Below are positions 15,404-24,277 of a stretch of 64,000 nucleotides of DNA, one piece after another. Numbering within the stretch: position 1 is the stretch's first letter; every line of letters begins with the position of its first letter. The position numbers were made by a program, and so were the translations under genes. The stretch spans positions 6,640 to 70,639 of the forward strand of contig JBEKJO010000001.1 of NCBI GenBank assembly GCA_050011195.1, given 5' to 3'. This DNA comes from Verrucomicrobiota bacterium. Lineage in GTDB: Bacteria > Verrucomicrobiota > Verrucomicrobiia > Limisphaerales > UBA8199. The notes beneath the pieces are model-generated. The model did not search any database. It saw only the letters and a list, made by a program, of their open reading frames with translations, and was not told the origin of the DNA.

Positions 15404-16735
15404 ATGAAACGACGTCTGCTTTACGCGATGCTGATCACTGCGCTGGCCGTTAACTTGCTGATCGGCGCCCGCGTCTATCTAACCTCCGCTCAGGCGGCGG
15501 AGAAGGATTCGGCCTATCCCAGCCTCGAACTCTTTTCCTACGTGATGGAGAAGGTGCGCAAGGATTACGTGGATGGCCAGAACCTCAAATACCAGGAGCT
15601 GGTCTATGCCGGCCTCAAGGGCATGCTCAATGCCCTCGACCCGCACAGCGAGTTCCTCGAGCCCGAGAAATACAAAGAGCTGCAGAACGACACCCAGGGC
15701 GCGTTCGGCGGCCTCGGCATCGTGATCTCCATGAAGGACAATTTCATTACGGTGATCGCCCCCATGGAAGACAGCCCCGGCTTCAAAGCCGGCATTCTGT
15801 CCGGCGACCGCATCATTAAGATTGACGGCAAGAGCACCGAGAAAATGAGCCTGCAGGACGCGGTCAAGGACCTGCGCGGCGAGCCGGGCACCGACGTGAA
15901 GATTACCGTCCTGCGCCCGTCCTCAAACCAGATGAAGGATTACAAGCTCACCCGCGCCGTCATCAACATTGATATGGTCAAAGACATTGACGGCAAGAAG
16001 GAGTTCCCGCTCGGCGACAACAAGATCGGCTACATCCGCCTGGTGCAGTTTGGCGAGAAAACCAGCGCGGACCTGGAAGCTGGCCTCAGGAAGTTGAAGG
16101 CCCAAGGCATGCAAGGGCTGGTCCTGGATTTGCGCTGGAACCCGGGCGGCCTGCTCGAGCAAGCCGTGGATGTCTGCGAGAAGTTCCTGCCGCGCGGCGA
16201 CCTGGTAGTCACCACCGAAGGCCGCAACCCCAGCCAGAACTCCGTGCGCAAAGCCATGGGACGGGGGGACGAGCTGCATAACCTGCCGATGGTCGTGCTC
16301 GTCAACCTGGGCAGCGCCAGCGCCTCGGAAATCGTCGCCGGCTGCTTGCAGGATTCCAAGCGCGCCATCATTCTTGGCGAGAAGACCTTTGGCAAAGGCT
16401 CCGTCCAGAGCATCCTGCCGCTGGCTGACGGCTCAGCCTTGCGCCTCACCACCGCCAAGTATTACACCCCGAGCCACAAAGTCATTCACGAGGAAGGCAT
16501 CACCCCCGACATCGTCGTGCCGTTGACCGAGGAGCAGGAGCGCGATATTCAACTCAAGCACACGCCGGGGGGCATTCAAAGCCTCGAGGACACGGAGCGC
16601 GAGCGAGTGCTGAACGCCCGTGACCCGCAACTCGAGCGCGCCCTGGACCTGCTCAAAGGCATCACCCTCTTCACCCAACGCGCCCCGGCGCCGGAGAAGA
16701 GGGTCGCCAAGGGCGAAAAGATGGCCGCCAAGTGA
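15404..16735 (+). CDS. ctpA: carboxyl-terminal processing protease (S41)
   Basis: Signal anchor MKRRLLYAMLITALAVNLL, a PDZ region, then GLVLDLRWNPGGLL and LVNLGSASASEIVAG motifs. Confidence 0.88.
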   Translation: MKRRLLYAMLITALAVNLLIGARVYLTSAQAAEKDSAYPSLELFSYVMEKVRKDYVDGQNLKYQELVYAGLKGMLNALDPHSEFLEPEKYKELQNDTQGAFGGLGIVISMKDNFITVIAPMEDSPGFKAGILSGDRIIKIDGKSTEKMSLQDAVKDLRGEPGTDVKITVLRPSSNQMKDYKLTRAVINIDMVKDIDGKKEFPLGDNKIGYIRLVQFGEKTSADLEAGLRKLKAQGMQGLVLDLRWNPGGLLEQAVDVCEKFLPRGDLVVTTEGRNPSQNSVRKAMGRGDELHNLPMVVLVNLGSASASEIVAGCLQDSKRAIILGEKTFGKGSVQSILPLADGSALRLTTAKYYTPSHKVIHEEGITPDIVVPLTEEQERDIQLKHTPGGIQSLEDTERERVLNARDPQLERALDLLKGITLFTQRAPAPEKRVAKGEKMAAK

Positions 16736-16747
16736 TCCGCTTGGCCT

Positions 16748-16780
16748 ATTAACCCATTTAACCTTTTAACTCATTTAACT
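16748..16780. repeat. phased TTAAC array (8-9 bp spacing), copy 1
   Basis: attaacccatttaaccttttaactcatttaact, between ctpA and tsaD. Confidence 0.75.
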
Positions 16781-16843
16781 GCTTCGGTTACGGCTTTGCC
16801 GCGCTGGGAAAGATCCGGGTTAACCCCTTCGCCCCTCTTCGCC

Positions 16844-17869
16844 ATGCCTCTCCTTGCCGTCGAAACCTCGTGTGACGACACCAGTGTGGCGGTCGTTCAC
16901 CAGGGCCGCGTGTTGGCGAATGTCGTCTCGTCGCAGATCGGGTTGCACGCCGAATACGGGGGCGTCGTGCCGGAATTGGCGGCGCGCGAGCATCTCCGGA
17001 ATCTGATTCCGGTCGCCCGGCTCGCCTTGCGCGAAGCGTCCGTTGCCGCCGGCCAACTGGACGCCGTGGCTGCCACCCGTGGCCCCGGCTTGCCCAGCGC
17101 GCTGATGATCGGCTTCAAAGCCGCGCAGGCGGTGGCCTTTGTGCTGGGGCGGCCCTTTCTCGGCATCCATCACCACGAAGCTCACCTCTATTCGCCTTGG
17201 ATCAAAGGCCAGCCGCCGGTCGCTGATTTCTCCCGGTTCCAACCCAATCTTTCCCTCGTCGTCAGCGGCGGTCACACCCTTCTCGTCCAGGTCCGGGCGG
17301 AAATGGACCACCAACTGCTCGGCTCGACCGTTGATGACGCCGCCGGCGAGTGCTTCGATAAAGTCGGCAAACTGATCGGCTTGCCCTATCCGGCCGGACC
17401 GGAGATTGACCGGCTGGCGGAGCGAGGAGACCCCAAAGCCTTTGATTTCCCCCGGCCCATGATGGACGACCCCAGCGATGACTTCAGCTTCAGCGGGTTG
17501 AAAACCTCCGTGCGCTATTTCCTGCGCGACCATCCCAGCCTGCTGGATGAGCCGCCACGCTTGTGCGATTTGTGCGCCAGCGTGCAAGCCGCCATTGTGG
17601 ACGTGCTCGTGGCCAAAACCATCCGTGCCGCCCAGCGTCTCCGCGTTCATTGTGTCACCGCTTCAGGCGGTGTCACTTGCAATCGCGCCCTCCGCCAGAA
17701 ACTCACCGCCGCCTGCCAGCGCGAGGGGCTCGCCCTGTTGCTGGCCGAGAAACACCTTTGCACCGACAACGCCGCGATGATCGGCATTCTGGCCGAGCGC
17801 AAGCTTGCGCGCCGAGCGCAGGCCACCTCCTCCACCGCGGATATCCTCCCAAACTGGGCGCTGGGGTAA
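16844..17869 (+). CDS. tsaD: tRNA N6-adenosine threonylcarbamoyltransferase TsaD
   Basis: MPLLAVETSCDDTSVAVV plus HHHEAHL and VVSGGHT motifs. Confidence 0.9.
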   Translation: MPLLAVETSCDDTSVAVVHQGRVLANVVSSQIGLHAEYGGVVPELAAREHLRNLIPVARLALREASVAAGQLDAVAATRGPGLPSALMIGFKAAQAVAFVLGRPFLGIHHHEAHLYSPWIKGQPPVADFSRFQPNLSLVVSGGHTLLVQVRAEMDHQLLGSTVDDAAGECFDKVGKLIGLPYPAGPEIDRLAERGDPKAFDFPRPMMDDPSDDFSFSGLKTSVRYFLRDHPSLLDEPPRLCDLCASVQAAIVDVLVAKTIRAAQRLRVHCVTASGGVTCNRALRQKLTAACQREGLALLLAEKHLCTDNAAMIGILAERKLARRAQATSSTADILPNWALG

Positions 17870-18225
17870 AGCCAACGTGCCCGTGCTTTCAAAAGCGCGG
17901 TCGCGCTAACGGGTGCAGCATCCACCAGGGTCTTCTCCAGCGGAAAAATTTCCCTGTGGCCAGTTCGCGGGCGTGAGCCTGACCACAGGGAGCGGTGGGT
18001 CGCCGCTAAACTCTCTACTCTCTACCGCTGCAGGCTGGCTAAACCTTTGTTCGACCCAAACTCTGGCCACCAGTTCCTGCTGCAGGCTTCCCTCCACGCG
18101 CTCCCAGCGCGCCTGGCGAAGCCTCTGTCTCTTAGCCAATCTCGTGCCAAGCCCCCTCAAGACCACATTTGGCCCGTTTCCCGCAGCTTCCCATGTTCTC
18201 GCCCCGGCGCAGCCTCCCGCTACAT

Positions 18226-18264
18226 GCTAACTTGCTTAGCAGTACAGCTAACTCGTTTAGCAGT
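18226..18264. repeat. two tandem 18-bp palindrome-containing units (period 21)
   Basis: gctaacttgcttagcagt and gctaactcgtttagcagt. Each contains GCTAA-N5-TTAGC. Confidence 0.8.
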
Positions 18265-18291
18265 TTGCAGCCACCCGTTGTAATCCGGATG

Positions 18292-18783
18292 TTACAACTT
18301 GTAACCAATCTGGCGGAGGAATTTCCTGCGCCATTCGATGTCGGCTTCGGCTTCGAGGCCCCGGGGCGGGAGACCGTCCACGACGCCGACGATGCCACGG
18401 CCTTGTGCGGTCTCGGCCATGAGCACTTGAGTTGGGTTGGCCGTGGCGCAGAAGACCCGGCAGACCTCGGGCACCATTTTGACGGCGTTGAGCACGTTGA
18501 CCGGATAAAACCCTTCGCCGAGGAAGAGGATGAAGCTGTGCCCGGCGCCGATGGTCAGGGCATTCTTTTTGGCCAGCTCAATCATGGCCGGGTCTGTGCC
18601 GGTCCAACGCACGAGGCATTTGCCGGACGCCTCGCAAAAGGCCAGTCCGAACTTGATGCCGGGCACGGCGCCGACCAGCGCCTCATGGATGTCCTCGACC
18701 GACTTGATGAAATGGGTCTGGCCGAGGATGAAGTTCACGGGTTCAGGCTTCTCGATCTGGATCGCGGTGAGTTTGATTTCCAT
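18292..18783 (-). CDS. adenosine-specific kinase family protein (PF04008-like, tentative)
   Basis: 163 aa. MEIKLTAIQIEKPEPVNFILGQTHFIKSVEDIHEAL...GIKFGLAFCEASG matches my memory of this small family. Not verified by search. Confidence 0.55.
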   Translation of the reverse strand: MEIKLTAIQIEKPEPVNFILGQTHFIKSVEDIHEALVGAVPGIKFGLAFCEASGKCLVRWTGTDPAMIELAKKNALTIGAGHSFILFLGEGFYPVNVLNAVKMVPEVCRVFCATANPTQVLMAETAQGRGIVGVVDGLPPRGLEAEADIEWRRKFLRQIGYKL

Positions 18784-18836
18784 AGCAGTCAGATGGTTGC
18801 GCAGTACAGGCGTTCGGTCAAGAGGCGAACTGGCTC

Positions 18837-21365
18837 TTAACGCCCAGCCGAAGGTTGCCAGAATTTGGCAAGGGCGTCTCGAATTTCAGCCGTGTTCCTG
18901 GCGCGCGCGGCCTGCCAACAGGCGGGGAACAGGCGGCGATAGCGCGCCTCGGCGAACCGAGCGTCGATGAGGAGAATGACCCCACGGTCGGTCTCGGAGC
19001 GGATGACGCGACCGGTGGCCTGCAGGACGCGGTTCATGCCGGGAAAGGTATAGGCGTAGTCGAAACCTGCGCCGGTCTGTTGCTGGAAGTAGTCGCGGAT
19101 CAGGTCGCGTTCGACACAGAGCTGGGGCAGCCCAACGCCGACCACGATCGCGCCGATTAACCGCTCGCCCACCAGGTCGATGCCTTCGCCGAACACCCCT
19201 CCCATCACCGCAAATCCGACCAGTGTCTCGCCATGCCCCACGGCGAACGCGGCCAGAAAGGCTTCGCGTTCGGGTTCGCTCAGGCCGGGACGCTGGACGA
19301 GGATTGGAACCGCAGGGTGGAGGGCATGGAACTGTTCCTGCACGGCCGCCAAATACTGGTATGAGGGGAGATAGACGAGATAGTTGCCGGGGCGTCCTTC
19401 CACCAGTGAGGCGATGGCTTGCACCACGTCGGGCAGGGTGTCGGCGCGGGCCTTGAGCTGGGTGCGGATGCGGTCCTGCACGAGCACGGCGAGGTGCTCG
19501 GGCGGGAAGGGCGACGGCAATTGCAATAAAGGGTCCTCGGGACTGCCGCCCAGGAGTGCGCGGTAGTAGTCGATCGGCGTAAGCGTGGCGGAGAAGAAGA
19601 CCGCCGCCTTGCCCCGTGCCAGCGCCTGCCGGAGGAGGAAGGAAGGGTCGAGGCAAAATAGTCGGACTCGGACGGAGCGGCCCGGCTCGGTGATGGTGAC
19701 GAAGCGTTCGTCGTAGAGTTCGGCGGTGCGCCGGAAGGAGTGCAGGCGGAAATAGAGTTCGAGGAGGCTGTCGCGGAAGTCCGCGGGCTGATTTCGGGCG
19801 AGCCAGGTTTCGGCTTGCGCGAGGGCGTCATCGAGCGGAGGCAATAGGTCCGCGGGGAAGGACCGGCTGGTGTGGGGTGGGCTTATAGAGGAAGCGGTGG
19901 GGTAGGCTACGCTCGCAGGTAGGGCGACGCTGTCCTCAGCGCGCCGTTCGGTGGTTTGGGGCAGCCCATGGCGCGCTGAGGACAGACGCGCCCTACCTTC
20001 GCCAGCGGGGAAGAGATTGAGTTCGCTGGATGGATCGGAGGGGGCGACTGGTTCGGAGGGCAGGGGGGCCGGGCCGGCGAGTCGGCGCAGGGCGGAAGCT
20101 AGGCGGGTGAGGGCTTTGGCGCAACGGGGCACAGCTTGCTTGAGGGCGCGGCGGACGTCCTGTATTTCCCCGGTGTCGAGGTCGGCGGAGAACATGTCGC
20201 GGGCGCGGTCCACCAGGTTGTGGGCTTCGTCCACGAGGAAGGCGTAATCGCCCGACTCTTCGGCGAAGTGGCGGCGCAGATACACCTTGGGGTCAAACAG
20301 GTAGTTGTAGTCGCACACAATGACATCAACCCAGGTGGAGAGATCGAGGGAAAGCTCGAAGGGACAGACCCGGTGTTCGCGGCTGACGGCTTCAAGGACC
20401 GGGCGGGTGATTTCCTCGCGGGCCAGGACGGCGCGCATGGCTGGTTTGCAGCGGTCGTAGTAGCCGCGAGCGAAGGGGCAGGTGAGCGGGTCGCAGGGTT
20501 GGCCTTCCTGGACACAGATTTTCTCTTTGGCGGTGAGTGTCAGTGTGCGCAAGCGGAGGCCGGCCTGGCGCAGGTCGGCGAATGCCTTCTCGGCCACCGC
20601 GCGTCCCACGGTGCGCGCAGTGAGGTAGAAGATGCGCTCGAGCTTGCCTTCCCCCAGGGCTTTGACTGCCGGGAAGAGCACGGAGATGGTCTTGCCGATG
20701 CCGGTGGGGGCTTCGAGAAAGAGCCGCCCGCCGCGGGCGAGCACGCGATAGGCAGCGACAGCCAGTTGCCGCTGGCCGGGGCGGTAGCGCGCAAAGGGGA
20801 AGGTCAGCGAGCGGATGGACTTGTCCCGCTGCCGGCGCCAATGGTGATGGGCGCGGAGCCAGTCGAGATAAATTGCGGTTGTCTGCTCGAAGAAAACCGA
20901 CAGCTCCGTCAGGTTCAAGCGGTTGCGAAACTCAGTCAGCTCACCGGTGTCGAGGTCCAGATAGCTCAACTGGATGGCGATGTGTTCCAAGGCGTGTTCG
21001 TGAGCGTAAATAAAGGCGTAGATCCTGGCTTGGGCCCAATGAAGCGGGTCGGCGGTATGGTCCCATCCGCCCTGGACAGTCTTGATCTCTTCCAACAGCA
21101 CCTCTTGCGCGGTCGTCAGCAGACCGTCAATCCGCCCCTGGATTCGCAGGATGAACTCGGCGGTCTCGACCTCATGGCAGAGGCGGACCTCCTTCTGATA
21201 CCCTGCGGGGCGGGAACGCTGGAGCCGTTGATGGCCACGCGTTCCCGCCAGGGCGCGGTGCGGTCCGACGAAGTCGCGCTCGCCGCCGAGGTCGCCCTGC
21301 CGCAAAGCGAACTCGACCAACTCGCGCACCTGGACCGAGAGGACTGGTTTGGGTGCCGATGCCAC
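18837..21365 (-). CDS. RecB-type nuclease / DinG(XPD)-family Fe-S helicase fusion
   Basis: The N-terminus has GHQRLQ, QGRIDGL, LLEEIKT and QARIYAFIY (PD-(D/E)XK with QxxxY). The helicase part has APTGIGKT, DEAH (FLVDEAHNL) and a 4-Cys cluster CVQEGQPCDPLTCPFARGYYDRC. Confidence 0.8.
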   Translation of the reverse strand: MASAPKPVLSVQVRELVEFALRQGDLGGERDFVGPHRALAGTRGHQRLQRSRPAGYQKEVRLCHEVETAEFILRIQGRIDGLLTTAQEVLLEEIKTVQGGWDHTADPLHWAQARIYAFIYAHEHALEHIAIQLSYLDLDTGELTEFRNRLNLTELSVFFEQTTAIYLDWLRAHHHWRRQRDKSIRSLTFPFARYRPGQRQLAVAAYRVLARGGRLFLEAPTGIGKTISVLFPAVKALGEGKLERIFYLTARTVGRAVAEKAFADLRQAGLRLRTLTLTAKEKICVQEGQPCDPLTCPFARGYYDRCKPAMRAVLAREEITRPVLEAVSREHRVCPFELSLDLSTWVDVIVCDYNYLFDPKVYLRRHFAEESGDYAFLVDEAHNLVDRARDMFSADLDTGEIQDVRRALKQAVPRCAKALTRLASALRRLAGPAPLPSEPVAPSDPSSELNLFPAGEGRARLSSARHGLPQTTERRAEDSVALPASVAYPTASSISPPHTSRSFPADLLPPLDDALAQAETWLARNQPADFRDSLLELYFRLHSFRRTAELYDERFVTITEPGRSVRVRLFCLDPSFLLRQALARGKAAVFFSATLTPIDYYRALLGGSPEDPLLQLPSPFPPEHLAVLVQDRIRTQLKARADTLPDVVQAIASLVEGRPGNYLVYLPSYQYLAAVQEQFHALHPAVPILVQRPGLSEPEREAFLAAFAVGHGETLVGFAVMGGVFGEGIDLVGERLIGAIVVGVGLPQLCVERDLIRDYFQQQTGAGFDYAYTFPGMNRVLQATGRVIRSETDRGVILLIDARFAEARYRRLFPACWQAARARNTAEIRDALAKFWQPSAGR
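19917..19999. repeat. palindromic element family D (inside helicase CDS, in frame)
   Basis: Arms aggtagggcgacgctgtcctcagcgcgcc and ggcgcgctgaggacagacgcgccctacct. Confidence 0.85.
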
Positions 21366-21419
21366 CGGTCAAGTTTCGGGGGATGGCGTGGGCGCGGCAA
21401 TAGAATTATCGGGCCTGGC

Positions 21420-22586
21420 TCAGAAGCGGTGAACAAGCTTCTCGACGAGGAAGGTGCTTTCGCGCATGGCCTGTTCGCTGAAGGGGCCAAACCACTCGGC
21501 GACCTTGCGAAAGCGGGCGACGAACTCCGCCTTGTCGCCGCGTTCGACCAGGCCGAGGTTTTGCTGGAGGGACTGGAGGTAGTCCTTCAAGAGGGCGATG
21601 CGCTCGGGCGTGGCGAACACGATCTCGGCGTAGAGCGCGGGGTCCTGGGCAAAGAGACGACCCACCATAGCCAGTTCGAGGCGGTAGATCGGGCTGGAAA
21701 GCTCGAGCGTGCGGGCAATGGGGACGCCGCGGGAATGCAGGAATTGGCCAAAGGTAAAGGTGGCGAAGTGGCGCAGGGCCTGCACAATCCCCATGATCTC
21801 GTCGTGCTCCGCCGCCGAGGTTTCGACCAGGACGTTGCCCCAGACGGTGAGTTGGTCGAGCAGCCATTGACATTGCTCGCTCTGGCGCCCGGGGCTGACG
21901 ACGACGATTTGCTTGTCCATGGTGGTGGTCGCCGGGCCGAAAAGCGGGTGCAAGCCGACGACCGGTCCGGCGTGGCTCTGGAGCATCGCTTCGAGCGGTT
22001 TGAGCTTGAGGCTCGTGATGTCAGCCAGCACGCAAGCGGGCGGCAGATGCGGAGCGATTTGGGCCGCCACGGACGGGGTAATGTCAATGGGCACCGCCAG
22101 CAAACACAATTCAACTCCCGGGGTGAGGGACCGGACCCGGGGCCAATCGTCGCGATCCAAGATGCGGACGTCGTAGTCCGATTGCCGGAACCAGTTCGAG
22201 AGAAAGCGGCCCATATTGCCGAGGCCGCCCACGATGAGCACCTTCGCCCCGGGCCGGACACCGCGGCGGCCGAGCGTGCTCAGTTGCCCGACGCGCGAAT
22301 GCCGGAGGACGGTGCGGAACAGGTCCTCGATGTAGTCAGGGTCCAGCCCTGCCTGGGTGGCCTGGGCGCGGCGGGCGGAGATGAGGTTCTCCTCGCGCGC
22401 GGGGTGGAAGGTCGGGAGGTCGTGCTGTTGTTTGACCTCGGTGACTTGTTGGACGACGCGGCCGCGTTGGGCGAGCAGCTCCACCAGTTGTTTGTCGAGG
22501 CGGTCGATCTGGTCGCGCAGGTGGTCGAGGCTGGGTTTGTGCGGGGCAGGTGCGCCGGAGCCTGGGGACTGGGTTGGATTTGTCAT
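21420..22586 (-). CDS. tyrA: bifunctional chorismate mutase / prephenate dehydrogenase
   Basis: CM domain (LRDQIDRLDKQLVELLAQR...) followed by a Rossmann VLIVGGLGNMG prephenate dehydrogenase domain. ATG at 22586 preferred over 22688. Confidence 0.8.
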   Translation of the reverse strand: MTNPTQSPGSGAPAPHKPSLDHLRDQIDRLDKQLVELLAQRGRVVQQVTEVKQQHDLPTFHPAREENLISARRAQATQAGLDPDYIEDLFRTVLRHSRVGQLSTLGRRGVRPGAKVLIVGGLGNMGRFLSNWFRQSDYDVRILDRDDWPRVRSLTPGVELCLLAVPIDITPSVAAQIAPHLPPACVLADITSLKLKPLEAMLQSHAGPVVGLHPLFGPATTTMDKQIVVVSPGRQSEQCQWLLDQLTVWGNVLVETSAAEHDEIMGIVQALRHFATFTFGQFLHSRGVPIARTLELSSPIYRLELAMVGRLFAQDPALYAEIVFATPERIALLKDYLQSLQQNLGLVERGDKAEFVARFRKVAEWFGPFSEQAMRESTFLVEKLVHRF

Positions 22587-22928
22587 CCCCGGCAGAGTAG
22601 TGAGAGGGTGGGGCAAAAGCAAGGAGCGCAGGGGCAGACGCGAAGCGAGGATGGTATGGCCGTGGAAGACAGTTGTCTGAGGAAACACCGGCTGCGTGAC
22701 GATTCCTGGGCTGGGCGGTCTAAACGGATGATGAGCATCATGCGGCGCAATCGAAGATGTGTTTCAGGTCCACTTCATGCTGCGGCTTTCACCCTGAGAC
22801 TTGGGCTCCAATCGCCCAGTGGGCTGTGCCGCAGTGAGCACTTCGTCATTATTCTCGGTGGAGCGAGGGGGCAGGGGAGGGGAGCAGTTTCTCGTGGCGA
22901 AACGCGGGTGCGGCGCTAAACTCGGCGT

Positions 22929-23555
22929 ATGTTGAGTCAACGTTGGCGCCCAGTGGTCTTTTCCGCGCTTGCCGTGTGCGGGATTTGGCTGGTGGCTTTG
23001 GCGGGATACCGAATTGCCCGGAACGCCAAGATGACCGCTGAGAAGGTGAAGGCGTATGCCGAGTCGGTGGATATCAGCAAGTTATCGGGTGCCGCGCGGG
23101 CGAAGGCGATTCAGGAACTGGCGGACAAGCTCAACGCGTTATCCCTGGAGGAACGGCGGAAGGCGCGGCTGGACCGCGAGGCGTGGAGCTGGTTTGACCG
23201 GATGACAGAGGAGGAGAAAGCCGCGTTCATTGACGCGACGATGCCGACCGGTTTTAAGCAGATGCTGACGGCGTTCGAGCAGTTGCCGGAGGAGAAGCGG
23301 CGCAAATCAATTGATGACGCGCTGCGGCGGCTCAGGGAGGGGCGCGACCAAATGGCCGGCGGCGCGGGCGGCGGGAATCAGGGCGGGACAAACTCCCCGC
23401 CGGTCCTGAGTGACGAATTGGAGGCGAAGGTGAGGACTATCGGGCTGAAGACCTTCTACAGCCAGAGCTCGGCGCAGACCAAAGCGGAGCTGGCGCCGGT
23501 CCTGGAGGAGCTGCAACGTGTGATGGAAAGCGGCCGGCCGTTCCGCGGGCAATGA
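22929..23555 (+). CDS. membrane-anchored helical protein, unknown function
   Basis: N-terminal TM segment ([19 protein letters not shown]) followed by charged helical regions. The stop overlaps the next ATG (ATGA). Confidence 0.5.
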   Translation: MLSQRWRPVVFSALAVCGIWLVALAGYRIARNAKMTAEKVKAYAESVDISKLSGAARAKAIQELADKLNALSLEERRKARLDREAWSWFDRMTEEEKAAFIDATMPTGFKQMLTAFEQLPEEKRRKSIDDALRRLREGRDQMAGGAGGGNQGGTNSPPVLSDELEAKVRTIGLKTFYSQSSAQTKAELAPVLEELQRVMESGRPFRGQ

Positions 23556-24277
23556 GGCCAGCACGTCAGATCATCCGCGCTGGTGACGGCGCGCGGACAT
23601 TCCTGTCCGCAGCAAGCCCGGGTGGGAAGGAGGGTGCCGAAGATTCGGAGGCCGAGGGAGGTTCTGTCGTGGCTGCGGACAGGACTGTCCGCGCGCCGGG
23701 GGCCACGAGCGCCTTCACGCTGATTGAACTGCTGGTGGTGATTTCGATCATCGCCATCCTGGCCGCGCTGGTGCTGCCGGCGTTGAGCGGGGCGAAGGAG
23801 CAGGGGCGGGCGACGGTGTGCCTGAGCAACCTGCGTCAAATCGGCATCGCGCTGCAGGTCTATGTTGGAGACAACAACAACAAACTGCCCTGGATGTCGG
23901 ACATCCTTCCGGGCGTCGCCAACCTGTACCCCGGCCCGGACCAGGTGCTTTCCAACCAACTCGGCAATCTGAACGTGCTGGCGTGCCCGTCTGACAAATG
24001 GACGTCGGACACGCCACTGCCCTTTCCGCAAAAGGCGCCAACTTATTTCGCACAAACCGGCTCCAGCTTCTCGTGGAACAACCTGCTCAACGGTGAGGAT
24101 GCCGACCATTTGAGCGCGCTCGGCATGAATTTCCCTCCGCAGGCAATGCCGCTGATGTACGATAAGGAGAAGTTCCACATCGCCCGCGGGGCGAACAAGG
24201 CGCAGAACTTCCTGTACGCCGATGGCCACATCAAGAACCTCCTCGTCATTGCGGGGACGATCCAATCGAGCCAGTGA
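23552..24277 (+). CDS. prepilin-type N-terminal cleavage/methylation protein, H-X9-DG (DUF1559-like) family
   Basis: [25 protein letters not shown] and a C-terminal [11 protein letters not shown]. The first ~45 codons are a palindromic repeat, so the start is uncertain. Confidence 0.7.
   Translation: MRPARQIIRAGDGARTFLSAASPGGKEGAEDSEAEGGSVVAADRTVRAPGATSAFTLIELLVVISIIAILAALVLPALSGAKEQGRATVCLSNLRQIGIALQVYVGDNNNKLPWMSDILPGVANLYPGPDQVLSNQLGNLNVLACPSDKWTSDTPLPFPQKAPTYFAQTGSSFSWNNLLNGEDADHLSALGMNFPPQAMPLMYDKEKFHIARGANKAQNFLYADGHIKNLLVIAGTIQSSQ
23588..23697. repeat. palindromic element family B, copy 2
   Basis: Arms ggcgcgcggacattcctgtccgcagc and gctgcggacaggactgtccgcgcgcc, inside the 5' end of ORF 23552..24277. 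Confidence 0.85.

Noticed and set aside
17906-18166. 86-aa minus-strand ORF in the tsaD-downstream gap (…RLRQARWERVEGSLQQELVARVWVEQRF…).
   Set aside because: It has no start context, no motif, and overlapping ORFs in other frames. It cannot be distinguished from chance in high-GC DNA.
20136-22919. 927-aa + strand ORF, the longest unexplained ORF in the track.
   Set aside because: It is antisense to both the helicase and tyrA genes, crosses their intergenic gap, and has no motif and a shadow-frame composition.
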